Part shown: positions 28,374 through 39,433 of the stretch, in pieces
Position numbering within the stretch: the first letter of the stretch is position 1
Layout: the number at the start of each line of letters is the position of its first letter
DNA from: Angelakisella sp.
GTDB taxonomy: Bacteria; Bacillota; Clostridia; Oscillospirales; Ruminococcaceae
Direction of reading: 5' to 3'
Length of the DNA: 64,000 nucleotides
NCBI GenBank assembly: GCA_020025195.1
Contig: JAHHSN010000004.1
Location: forward strand, 21,182 to 85,181
The notes under the pieces: generated by a model
Database searches by the model: none
Told to the model about the DNA's origin: nothing
Seen by the model: only the letters and a program-made list of their open reading frames with translations
Translations under genes and position numbers: made by a program

Positions 28374-29198
28374 TTAGAGAAACAGCTCCGGCTGAGCACG
28401 GCGCTCATAGCCAAGCTCCAGCTCGGTCTTGTGGTAGAGGTAGCCCTCATCGTCATAAAACTTAGCGCCCACGGGACAGCGCTTTACGCAGGCGCCGCAT
28501 TTGATGCAGACGCCGAGGATCTCTGCCGGATTTTCCCGGGAGACAGAGCCCATAGGGCAGAGGTCGGCGCAGAGACCGCAGCCGGTGCAGGCGGCGCCGG
28601 TTTTGGGCTTTACCTTGAGAATGCTGATGGGGACCCCGGCACGATCCCGCGGCTGATAGTAGGGCCGGAGCGGTTCCTCGCCTTTTACCGTCAGGGGAGA
28701 AATGGCCTTAGGAGAGGGAAGGGCTTTTATCTTTTCACTCACCCGCTTGGCGAACTGTTCCGCAAGGGCGAGATCCGCTACATCTGGACGGTTTGCCGCC
28801 AACACCTTGGAAAAGGAGTGCTCCCCAATGAAAGCTCCTGCGGCCACCGCTTTTAAGCCGCCGGCCTCCAGAAGGCCTTTGGCCTCTATGAGGCTGTCGT
28901 CATAGTTCCGGTTTCCGTAGAGAACCAGAGGAACCGCAAGGGCGCCATCCCCCTTTAGCCCGGAGAGATACTTTAACAGCACATTGGGGACCCGTCCCGC
29001 ATAGGTGGGAAGGCCGAACACCACAAGGTCGCCGCTTTCAAAGCGGGGGGATTTCGCACGCGCCTCGGGCGGCGTAAAATCCCGAAGCGAAAGGGAGAGC
29101 GAAAGCTCCCGCGCCAGCCGCTTGGCGACGGTCAGCGTGACGGTTTCGGTGGTGCCGGTGGGGCTAAAATAAAAGGCGCAGACTCGTTTCAGTTCCAT
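28374..29198 (-). CDS. flavodoxin-like / 2x[4Fe-4S] ferredoxin fusion protein (EFR1-family-like)
   Basis: The N-terminal flavodoxin-like FYFSPTGTTE is followed at the C-terminus by CTGCGLCADLCP and CIKCGACVKRCP. Confidence 0.7.
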   Translation of the reverse strand: MELKRVCAFYFSPTGTTETVTLTVAKRLARELSLSLSLRDFTPPEARAKSPRFESGDLVVFGLPTYAGRVPNVLLKYLSGLKGDGALAVPLVLYGNRNYDDSLIEAKGLLEAGGLKAVAAGAFIGEHSFSKVLAANRPDVADLALAEQFAKRVSEKIKALPSPKAISPLTVKGEEPLRPYYQPRDRAGVPISILKVKPKTGAACTGCGLCADLCPMGSVSRENPAEILGVCIKCGACVKRCPVGAKFYDDEGYLYHKTELELGYERRAQPELFL

Positions 29199-29235
29199 AC
29201 TGTTCTCCTATCCTTTCGTTTTGAAAGTTCTCCTC

Positions 29236-29264
29236 ATTATACCGTCTTGCTCCCTTTTGTTCAA
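29236..29264 (-). promoter_or_regulatory. sigma-A promoter for the flavodoxin/ferredoxin gene
   Basis: On the minus strand: TTGAAC, a 17-nt spacer, then TATAAT. Confidence 0.5.
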
Positions 29265-29435
29265 GGCAGGCAAAGCATGACGCCCGAGAAGGGGATAAAG
29301 GGGATTTTTCGCAGGGGACCCTCTTCAGCACGGAGATGCGGACAAGATTTTGCTTGCAGCCGGAAACAAAGAGAAAAGAAAATATGTTCTTTTGGCATTG
29401 CACTTTTCTTCCCGATTCGCTAAAATAAAAGGAAA

Positions 29436-29465
29436 GAATAATTTTAAGCCCCGCCCTCATATCCT
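29436..29465 (+). promoter_or_regulatory. possible sigma-E-type sporulation promoter upstream of cwlD
   Basis: GAATAAT, a 15-nt spacer, then CATATCCT. The B. subtilis sigma-E consensus is kmATATT / CATACAnT. Confidence 0.3.
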
Positions 29466-29479
29466 TCTGCGGGGGTGTT

Positions 29480-30217
29480 TTGATGAAGATGGGTCGTCGG
29501 AAGATCGTTCTTTCGCTTTTCCTTTTGCTCCTTCTTATGGGGGGCGTCTGGTTTTCTTTTTGCAGTCTCAATGACCGTCTCTATCAGTCGGTTCTTTCCC
29601 GCGCAACGCTGAATCAGCCCGTTTTGGTGCTGGATGCCGGTCACGGCGGGATGGACGGCGGCGCGGTGGTCTCGGGAATCCGGGAATCGGATATCAATCT
29701 TTCCATCGCAAGAAAGCTCCGCGACTTTATGACGGTCATGGGATTTCGCGTTACCATGATAAGAGACGGCGACTATTCCGTTCATGACCCGGATGCCAAG
29801 ACCGTCCGTCAGCAGAAGCGTTCCGACCTCATGAATCGTCTCGAGCTTCTCCGCGGAACGCCGGGAGCCCTTGCGGTCAGCATCCATCAGAATAAATTTG
29901 AGGAATCCTATGTCCGCGGAACGCAGGTGTTTTATGGTGCGGCGCCGGGCAGCGAGGAGCTGGCGGAGGTCATTCAAACCATGATCGCGGGCTATCTTCA
30001 GCCGGACAATGAGAGAAAGGTAAAAAAGGCGGATCACGCCCTCTATATCCTTGTCAACAATGATAAAAACCCCGCCGTCATGGTGGAATGCGGCTTCCTT
30101 TCCAATCCGAAGGAGGCGGAGTGCCTGCAGGAGGAGGACTACCAGAAAAAGCTTGCGATGCTTATCGGAGCGTCGCTTATCAAATACCAGAACCAAAGGC
30201 TGAATCAATTTGGATAA
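29480..30217 (+). CDS. cwlD: germination-specific N-acetylmuramoyl-L-alanine amidase CwlD-like
   Basis: There is an N-terminal TM helix. LDAGHGGMDGGAV, ESDINLSIARKLRDF and ECGFLSNPKE (Amidase_3) are present. ATG 29483 is an equally plausible start. Confidence 0.8.
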   Translation: MMKMGRRKIVLSLFLLLLLMGGVWFSFCSLNDRLYQSVLSRATLNQPVLVLDAGHGGMDGGAVVSGIRESDINLSIARKLRDFMTVMGFRVTMIRDGDYSVHDPDAKTVRQQKRSDLMNRLELLRGTPGALAVSIHQNKFEESYVRGTQVFYGAAPGSEELAEVIQTMIAGYLQPDNERKVKKADHALYILVNNDKNPAVMVECGFLSNPKEAECLQEEDYQKKLAMLIGASLIKYQNQRLNQFG

Positions 30218-30233
30218 ATTGTGAGGAAATGAA

Positions 30234-31610
30234 ATGGCAATGAAAGAAAAAACAGTATTCGTCTGTACCGAGTGCGGCTATGAGTCCCCCAAGTGGCAGG
30301 GCAGATGCCCCGACTGCGGCAACTGGAACACGCTGGTGGAGGAATCCCGTATTGTCGGGAAGCCCGCCAAAGGGGAAACGACCCGTCTCCCAAGCGCGCC
30401 GGCTATGGTAAAGCCGCTGGAGGAGATCGACGCCGATGAATCGGTGCGTTTTCACACTGGGCTTTCGGAGCTGGACCGGGTGCTGGGCGGCGGCATTGTG
30501 CCGGGCTCGGCGGTCCTTGTCTGCGGGGATCCCGGTATCGGCAAGTCCACCATTCTCCTGCAAATGTGCCGTACGCTGGACAAAGGGCTTTCGGTCCTCT
30601 ATGTTTCGGGAGAGGAAAGCCCCCGGCAGATTAAGCTCCGTGCCAATCGTTTGGGAGTGACGGGCGGTTCGGTGCTGCTCACCGCCTCCACCGACGCCGA
30701 GGAGATAAGGGAGACGATTCTGGCAAACAAGCCGGATATTGTTGTGGTGGATTCGGTGCAGACCCTTTCGGCACCCGGTGTTTCCTCCTCTCCGGGGAGC
30801 GTCTCGCAGGTGCGGGAATCGTCCCTCCTCCTCATTTCCGCCTGCAAGGAGCAGGAGATCCCGCTTTTTCTGGTGGGGCACGTCAATAAGGACGGCAACA
30901 TCGCCGGGCCCAAGGTGCTGGAGCACATGGTGGATACCGTCCTCTATTTTGAGGGGGACAAAAACCTCTCCTACCGTATCCTCCGTGCGGTCAAGAACCG
31001 CTTTGGCTCCACCAATGAGATCGGCGTCTTTGAAATGGCGCAGAACGGACTTTCCGAGGTCACCAATCCCTCGGAGATGCTGCTCTCCGGACGCCCGCAG
31101 GATGTGAGCGGGACCTGCATCACTTGTCTGATGGAGGGCACACGCCCCATTCTGGTGGAGATTCAGGCGCTGGCCGCCAAGACGAGCTTCGGAAACCCCA
31201 GAAGGGTCCCGACCGGCTTTGATATAAACCGCACGGCGATGCTTCTGGCGGTTCTGGAAAAGCGGGCGGGCTTCTTCATGGGGAACCTTGACGTCTTTGT
31301 GAATGTGGCGGGCGGCATGCGGGCGGACGAGCCCTCCGCCGACCTCGCCGTCGCCATGGCAGTCGTCAGCAATCTCCTTGACAAGGTGGTGGATCCCACC
31401 ATGATGATGCTGGGGGAGATCGGCCTCGCGGGGGAGATCCGCGCGGCGGCGCAGCTCCCGCAGCGGGTCTCGGAGGGGTATCGGCTCGGTTTCCGGCGCT
31501 TTTTGCTCCCCAAGGCCTCCCTCAAAACGCTCTCCCGGGAGCTTTATCCCGAAGCAGAACTTATCGGGGTCTCCCGCATCGACGAAGCGGTGCGGGTGCT
31601 CCGAGGGTAA
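30234..31610 (+). CDS. radA: DNA repair protein RadA/Sms
   Basis: Zinc finger CTECGYESPKWQGRCPDCGNWN, Walker A GDPGIGKST, KNRFG and a Lon-like C-terminal domain are present. Confidence 0.95.
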   Translation: MAMKEKTVFVCTECGYESPKWQGRCPDCGNWNTLVEESRIVGKPAKGETTRLPSAPAMVKPLEEIDADESVRFHTGLSELDRVLGGGIVPGSAVLVCGDPGIGKSTILLQMCRTLDKGLSVLYVSGEESPRQIKLRANRLGVTGGSVLLTASTDAEEIRETILANKPDIVVVDSVQTLSAPGVSSSPGSVSQVRESSLLLISACKEQEIPLFLVGHVNKDGNIAGPKVLEHMVDTVLYFEGDKNLSYRILRAVKNRFGSTNEIGVFEMAQNGLSEVTNPSEMLLSGRPQDVSGTCITCLMEGTRPILVEIQALAAKTSFGNPRRVPTGFDINRTAMLLAVLEKRAGFFMGNLDVFVNVAGGMRADEPSADLAVAMAVVSNLLDKVVDPTMMMLGEIGLAGEIRAAAQLPQRVSEGYRLGFRRFLLPKASLKTLSRELYPEAELIGVSRIDEAVRVLRG

Positions 31611-31625
31611 AATAAAAGAAGATAA

Positions 31626-31660
31626 GGCCCTTAAGCCCCCGCGGCTTGGGGGCCTTTTTC
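31626..31660 (+). terminator. intrinsic terminator after radA
   Basis: GCCCCC-GCGGCTT-GGGGGC followed by CTTTTTC. Confidence 0.6.
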
Positions 31661-31718
31661 TGTTCTCACTCAACAAAAACGCTCCCTCCGAATAGAATGG
31701 GGAAAGGGGGGCGAGAGC

Positions 31719-32405
31719 ATGAAGGTCAGAAGCCGCAGCGCAGCACGGAAAAAGACGTTCTTTCGAATTGTTTCGGTCATTATCACTCTGGCGCTGCTCC
31801 TTTTTCTGAATGGGCGGATCGGGACCGCTATCCGAACGGTGGCCGCTTCCCGAAGCCAGCTCTATATTTCGAATATTGTACATAAGGCGGTGGAGGAGAC
31901 TCTGCGGCGTGAGGAGGTGGACTATGAGAGCATCGTGACCCTCAACCAGAATCAGAACGGTGACACCACAGCTCTCATCACCAATACCATCCGTCTCAAT
32001 GAATTGCAGTCGAGCATCATGAAAAACATCATCAAATCCATCCATGAGTACGATGAAATGTCGGTGGCCATCCCGCTGGGAACGCTCATCGGCGGACACT
32101 GGCTCTCCGGCCTCGGCCCGAAGGTGGTCTTTCATCTGGTGCCGGTCGGAACGGTGCAGACCCGCATCCTCAACAGCCTCGATTCCTGCGGCATCAACCA
32201 GACTCATCATCAGATCAAGCTGGAGGCGACCATCGCGATAAGCTCCGTCATTCCGGGCTACCGGGTCAGGAGCGAGACGGTTACTTCCATCGTTCTCGCG
32301 GAGACGGTGATCGTGGGGCTTGTGCCGGACGCCTACACCGAGGTCTACGGCGGAACCGATGAACTGGTGGGGATGATCGAGGACTACGGCGCCTATTCCA
32401 ACTAA
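31719..32405 (+). CDS. yunB: sporulation protein YunB
   Basis: There is a basic N-terminus and one TM helix. The YunB-like body reads YISNIVHKAVEETL...VSVAIPLGTLIGG..LSGLGPKV. Confidence 0.75.
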   Translation: MKVRSRSAARKKTFFRIVSVIITLALLLFLNGRIGTAIRTVAASRSQLYISNIVHKAVEETLRREEVDYESIVTLNQNQNGDTTALITNTIRLNELQSSIMKNIIKSIHEYDEMSVAIPLGTLIGGHWLSGLGPKVVFHLVPVGTVQTRILNSLDSCGINQTHHQIKLEATIAISSVIPGYRVRSETVTSIVLAETVIVGLVPDAYTEVYGGTDELVGMIEDYGAYSN

Positions 32406-32483
32406 GTTTGATGAGAATTAGGCGGAAAAAGACGCCGCTTCGGTTGTAATCCCCATGGATAATTGATATAATAGATTAGTTAA

Positions 32484-34752
<2,269 letters not shown>

Positions 34753-36237
34753 GTGGGAAAAGAAAGGAAGGTGACAGAATTGGATAAACTGTTTCAAAAG
34801 ACCGGCGTCGAACTGCATCGGATGCTGGTCAATAAAGAGTGTTCGGCGGTGGAGATCTGCGAGGACGCCTATGACCGCATTGCCCGCGTGGAAAACGGCG
34901 TTGGTGCTTTCATCAATGTGACTCCCGAGGAGGCGATGGCTTCTGCCCGGCGCGTGGATGAGAAGATCGCGGCGGGGGAGGAGATCGGTCCTCTCGCCGG
35001 CATCCCCATCGGCATCAAGGATAATATCTGCACCAAGGGGGTTGCCACGACCTGCGCTTCCAAGATGCTGGAGAACTTTGTGCCTCCCTATGACGCCACC
35101 GTCATCGAGAAGCTGAAGGAGCAGGACTTTGTGATGACCGGTAAGCTCAACATGGACGAGTTCGCCATGGGCTCCTCCTGCGAAAACTCCGCGTTCCACA
35201 TCACCCATAACCCCCGCGGCCTCGATAAGGTCCCGGGCGGTTCCTCCGGCGGTTCCGCGGCGGCGGTTGCGGCGGGCGAGTCGGTCATGGCGCTCGGCAG
35301 CGATACCGGCGGCTCCATTCGTGAGCCTGCGGCTTACTGCGGCATCGTCGGACTCAAGCCCACCTACGGCTCGGTTTCCCGCTACGGTCTGGTGGCGTTT
35401 GCTTCCTCCCTTGACCAGATCGGCCCCATGGGCCGCTGCGTGGATGACGTCGCGAACCTGTTCTATACCATCAGCGGACATGATAAGCGGGACGCGACCT
35501 CGGTTCCTTTTTCCTATCCCAAGACGGCAGAGGGCCTCGGCTATGACCTTTCCGGCCTTAAGATCGGCGTTCCCAAGGAGTTCTTCAAGAACGTGGATGT
35601 CGCGGTCGGCGCCTCCATCTGGCAGGTCATCCGCACGCTGGAGCAGCGCGGCGCCACGGTGGTGGATATAAGCCTGCCCAGCACCGATTACGGCCTTTCC
35701 GCCTACTATATCATCTCCTCCGCGGAGGCTTCCTCCAACCTGTCCCGCTTTGACGGCGTCAAGTACGGCTACCGGGCCAAGGACTATACCGACCTTACCG
35801 ATATGTACGAAAAGACCCGCAGTGAGGGCTTCGGGGACGAGGTCAAGCGCCGCATTATGCTGGGTACCTTTGTGCTGAGCTCCGGCTACTATGACGCTTA
35901 TTATAAAAAGGCGAAGCTGTTCCAGCAGATGGTCCGGGCCGAATATGACGAAGCCTTTAAGAATTGCGACGTCATCATTACCCCCACCGCCCCCACGGCG
36001 GCGTTTCGGATTGGAGAGAACATCGGCGATCCCCTCAAGATGTACGCGACGGACGTCTGCACCATCACCGTCAATATCGCGGGTCTTCCCGCCCTTTCTC
36101 TGCCCATCGGCAACGACCACGAGATGCCGGTCGGAATGCAGCTCATCGGTCCGCATTTCTCCGAGGAGCGGCTCCTCGGCATCGCCAAAGAATTTGAGAC
36201 CATGCGCGGCGGACTCTGCAACGTCGCGACCATTTAA
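34753..36237 (+). CDS. gatA: Asp/Glu-tRNA amidotransferase subunit A
   Basis: The amidase signature GGSSGGSAAAVAAG and SDTGGSIR are present. Confidence 0.95.
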   Translation: MGKERKVTELDKLFQKTGVELHRMLVNKECSAVEICEDAYDRIARVENGVGAFINVTPEEAMASARRVDEKIAAGEEIGPLAGIPIGIKDNICTKGVATTCASKMLENFVPPYDATVIEKLKEQDFVMTGKLNMDEFAMGSSCENSAFHITHNPRGLDKVPGGSSGGSAAAVAAGESVMALGSDTGGSIREPAAYCGIVGLKPTYGSVSRYGLVAFASSLDQIGPMGRCVDDVANLFYTISGHDKRDATSVPFSYPKTAEGLGYDLSGLKIGVPKEFFKNVDVAVGASIWQVIRTLEQRGATVVDISLPSTDYGLSAYYIISSAEASSNLSRFDGVKYGYRAKDYTDLTDMYEKTRSEGFGDEVKRRIMLGTFVLSSGYYDAYYKKAKLFQQMVRAEYDEAFKNCDVIITPTAPTAAFRIGENIGDPLKMYATDVCTITVNIAGLPALSLPIGNDHEMPVGMQLIGPHFSEERLLGIAKEFETMRGGLCNVATI

Positions 36238-36251
36238 GGAGGGGAGACGTC

Positions 36252-37688
36252 ATGAAATACGAAATCGTTGTAGGTCTGGAAGTTCATGCCGAGCTTTCCA
36301 CCAAAACAAAAATTTACTGCGGCTGTAAAAACTCCTTCGGCGCGATGGTGAACTCCAACTGCTGTCCCATCTGTACCGGTATGCCCGGTACGCTCCCCAC
36401 CCTCAATGAGAGCGTGGTGGATTATGCCGTCAAGATGGGCTATGCCACCCACTGCACCATCAACAACGTCTGCAAGATGGACCGCAAAAACTATTTCTAT
36501 CCCGACCTGCCCAAGGCCTACCAGATCTCTCAGTTCGATATCCCGCTCTGTGAGGATGGCTATCTGGACGCCATCATGGACGAGGAGGGCCACACCAAGC
36601 GTATCGGCATCACCCGCATCCACATCGAGGAGGACGCCGGCAAGCTCATCCATTCCGATGACTTTGCGGGCAGCCTTGTCGATTTTAACCGCTGCGGCGT
36701 TCCGCTCATTGAGATCGTCTCCGAGCCGGATATGCGCTCCTCCGCCGAGGCAAAGGCCTATCTCGATGCCATCAAGGCGACGCTCCAGTATCTGGATATC
36801 TCCGACTGCAAGATGCAGGAAGGCTCCATCCGCTGTGACGTCAACGTTTCCGTCCGTCCCGAGGGCTCGACCGAGTTCGGTACCCGTGTGGAGATGAAGA
36901 ACGTCAACAGCTTCAGCGGCACCGTCCGTGCCATTGAGTATGAGTCCGCCCGCCAGATCAAAATTCTGGAGGAGGGAGGAGAGATCCATCAGGAGACCCG
37001 CCGCTGGGACGACGTTGCCGGCAAGAACATCCTGCTGCGTTCCAAGGAGGACGCTCAGGATTACCGCTATTTCCCGGAGCCGGACCTCAGAACCATTGTG
37101 GTGGATGAGGACCGTCTGGAGAAACTGAGAGCGGAGATTCCCGAGCTTCCCAATGATAAGCTCCTGCGCCTGATGAAGCAGTATAAGCTGCCGTATTTTG
37201 ACGCGAACCTCATGACCGAAAACCCTGACAAGGCAGAATTCTTTGAGGCGGTCGCAGCGCTTGGAAAATGCCAGCCGAAGAACATTTCCAACTGGCTGGT
37301 GGGCGATGTGACCCGCATCCTCAATGAGAAGAACCTCACCCTCGCGGACACCAAGCTGACAAAGGAAAATCTTGCGGACATGATCGCTCTCATCGAGAAG
37401 GGCGACATCTCCACCACCGCCGGAAAAACCGTTCTGGAGGAAATTATCTTCTCCGAGCTCACCCCTGACGCTGTGGTGGAGGCGAAGGGCCTCCGTCAGG
37501 TGAATGACTCTGCCGCTCTCGAGCAGGTCGTCGCGGACGTTCTCGCCGCCAATGAAAAGGTGGTCGCTGATTACCGCGGCGGTAAGACCAACGCGCTGGG
37601 CTTCCTTGTGGGACAGTGCATGCGTGCCTCCAAGGGCAAGGGCAATCCCAATACGATCCGGGAGCTTCTGCTCAAAGCCCTCGGCTGA
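36252..37688 (+). CDS. gatB: Asp/Glu-tRNA amidotransferase subunit B
   Basis: YEIVVGLEVHAEL, CPICTGMPGTLP and DYRYFPEPDL are present. Confidence 0.95.
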   Translation: MKYEIVVGLEVHAELSTKTKIYCGCKNSFGAMVNSNCCPICTGMPGTLPTLNESVVDYAVKMGYATHCTINNVCKMDRKNYFYPDLPKAYQISQFDIPLCEDGYLDAIMDEEGHTKRIGITRIHIEEDAGKLIHSDDFAGSLVDFNRCGVPLIEIVSEPDMRSSAEAKAYLDAIKATLQYLDISDCKMQEGSIRCDVNVSVRPEGSTEFGTRVEMKNVNSFSGTVRAIEYESARQIKILEEGGEIHQETRRWDDVAGKNILLRSKEDAQDYRYFPEPDLRTIVVDEDRLEKLRAEIPELPNDKLLRLMKQYKLPYFDANLMTENPDKAEFFEAVAALGKCQPKNISNWLVGDVTRILNEKNLTLADTKLTKENLADMIALIEKGDISTTAGKTVLEEIIFSELTPDAVVEAKGLRQVNDSAALEQVVADVLAANEKVVADYRGGKTNALGFLVGQCMRASKGKGNPNTIRELLLKALG

Positions 37689-37705
37689 TTTTAAGAAAAG
37701 AAAAG

Positions 37706-37738
37706 GGGGAAGACCGCATCCGGCCTTCCTCTTTTTTT
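37706..37738 (+). terminator. intrinsic terminator after gatB
   Basis: GGAAGACCG-CATC-CGGCCTTCC followed by TCTTTTTTT. Confidence 0.7.
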
Positions 37739-38269
37739 AAGCCGGAAAGCCGCGGGGCCGTTCATTCGCACCGGACGTCCGGTGAGCGGGGGCTTTAACG
37801 CCCTGACGGCGGCCAAAACCATGAAGCAGAGGGCCTGCCGGAGCGATAGGACACGGCTTTTTTCATGGCAAGAAAACAAACTTTACAGATAAGATCAGGC
37901 AGCCCCGGCGATAAACATCCCTTACTCATAATCCGTCCGGCTCCGCTAAGCGCAGTTCCCATAAGGGAGCGTTCTCCTTTCGAGACGCCCTGCGGCGGTG
38001 TCCGGGGGCGGCACAGCTGCGATATCCCCTCTCTTTTGAACGGGAGCATTTTGACCGGGTCGAAGCGCCCGGCAAGGGCCGCGTCCGGGTTTTGGCACCC
38101 GGTTCCATGCAGGAGCAGCCGGTGTGCCGGAAGAAGCTCCTCCGGGAAAAACTCCTCCCTTGGGCAAAATAAAAAGGAAAGCAGATAACAGACGCCCTTT
38201 CAGGGCAGGGCCTGACTTAGGTCCTTCCCCGGGGGCGATTTCTTTTGCGGCCGAAAGAAACGCTTTCCC

Positions 38270-38323
38270 TTGACTTTTTGTCTGTGGGGTGTATAATTTG
38301 AAATTGAGATTCAGTTTCAAATT
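38270..38323 (+). promoter_or_regulatory. sigma-A promoter plus 29-bp near-perfect palindrome (candidate metalloregulator operator)
   Basis: TTGACT (38270), a 16-nt spacer, then TATAAT (38292). AATTTGAAATTGAGATTCAGTTTCAAATT (38295-38323) overlaps the -10 element and the start region. Confidence 0.5.
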
Positions 38324-38341
38324 AGAAAAAGAAGGTTTGTA

Positions 38342-39292
38342 ATGAAAAGAAATAAACTGCTGATTTCCACGATTTTTCTCCTCGCCCTCGGGCTGCTGCT
38401 CCTTTCGGGGTGCGCGGATGATACGCCGAAAAATGAAAACGACCGCCTGCGGGTCGTTACCACCATCTTTCCGCCCTATGATTTTGCCCGATCCATCGCA
38501 GGGGAGGAAGCAGAAATCACCATGCTTCTCGCTCCCGGCGCGGAGGTGCATACCTATGAGCCGACGCCGCAGGACATCATCAAAATCCAGGACTGCGACG
38601 TTTTTATCCATGTGGGCGGCGCTTCCGATTCCTGGGTCAATGAAATTCTCAAGTCCGTCGATACCTCCTCCATGGAGATCGTGACGCTGATGGACTGTGT
38701 GGAGCCTTTGGAAGAACATCACGAGGGCACGGAGCACCATCATGAGGAGGAGGGGAGCACGCCCCACTATGACGAGCACGTCTGGACCTCCCCGCGCAAC
38801 ACCATGCGGATCTGCGATAAGATCACCGAGGCGTTCTGCCGGGCCGATGAGGAAAAAGCCCCGGTCTTTACCGAACGAAACGAAGCGCTCCAGAAGGAGC
38901 TTAACGAGCTGGATGAGGATTTCACAGCGCTCATTGATGCGGCGCCCCGCAAGACGCTGGTCTTTGCCGACCGTTTTCCCATCCGCTATTTTACCGAGGC
39001 ATACGGCCTTAAGTATTATGCCGCTTACCCCGGCTGTGCCGCCGAGGCGGAGCCCAGCGCCGCTACCGTTGCCTTCCTCATTGATAAGGTGAGGGAGGAG
39101 GAAATCCCCGCCGTCTTTTCCATTGAGTTTTCCAATGAGCGGATGGCGGACACCATTGCGGAGGAGACCGGCTGTAAGAAGCTGCGCTTCCACACCTGCC
39201 ACAATGTCACCCGTGAGGAATTCGACGCGGGCGAAAATTACCTGAGCCTCATGCGAAAGAACCTCGATGCCCTGAAAGAAGCACTCTACTAA
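38342..39292 (+). CDS. metal (Zn/Mn-type) ABC transporter substrate-binding lipoprotein with His-rich loop
   Basis: The lipoprotein signal is LLLLSGC. The ZnuA/AdcA-type fold signature reads VVTTIFPPYDFA, HTYEPTP, DEHVWTSP. The His/Glu-rich insert is EEHHEGTEHHHEEEGSTPHYDEH. Confidence 0.85.
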   Translation: MKRNKLLISTIFLLALGLLLLSGCADDTPKNENDRLRVVTTIFPPYDFARSIAGEEAEITMLLAPGAEVHTYEPTPQDIIKIQDCDVFIHVGGASDSWVNEILKSVDTSSMEIVTLMDCVEPLEEHHEGTEHHHEEEGSTPHYDEHVWTSPRNTMRICDKITEAFCRADEEKAPVFTERNEALQKELNELDEDFTALIDAAPRKTLVFADRFPIRYFTEAYGLKYYAAYPGCAAEAEPSAATVAFLIDKVREEEIPAVFSIEFSNERMADTIAEETGCKKLRFHTCHNVTREEFDAGENYLSLMRKNLDALKEALY

Positions 39293-39314
39293 ATTCAAGC
39301 AGGATAAACACAAG

Positions 39315-39350
39315 AAACGCCTTGCCCCGAAAGGGAGCGGGGCGTTTTCT
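39315..39350 (+). terminator. intrinsic terminator after the metal-binding protein gene
   Basis: AAACGCC...CCCCGAAAGGG...GGCGTTT followed by TCTT. Confidence 0.6.
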
Positions 39351-39373
39351 TATGCTCATTTCTGTCGGCGCCG

Positions 39374-39402
39374 TCATAAAACCTGTCCCAAACCCATATC
39401 TT
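39374..39402 (+). promoter_or_regulatory. possible sigma-E-type promoter of the spoIIIA operon
   Basis: TCATAAA, a 14-nt spacer, then CATATCTT. In B. subtilis spoIIIA is sigma-E dependent. Confidence 0.3.
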
Positions 39403-39433
39403 TAAGTAACGGAGGGACAAGGGGGCGGTTATT

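Noticed and set aside
28218-28856. 212-aa plus-strand ORF.
   Set aside because: Most of it is antisense to the flavodoxin/ferredoxin gene (28374..29198). It has no RBS and no recognisable motif.
30180-32210. 676-aa ORF on the minus strand. Similar long ORFs occur at 34438..36156(-), 22724..24076(-), 14864..16408(-), 54891..56786(+) and 8754..9986(-).
   Set aside because: Each is antisense to a gene with unmistakable motifs (radA, gatA, transketolase, mutL, fbp, uvrA). Their products are Arg/Gly/Pro/His-rich low-complexity sequences with no domains or RBS. This is the typical stop-poor antisense frame of GC-rich DNA.
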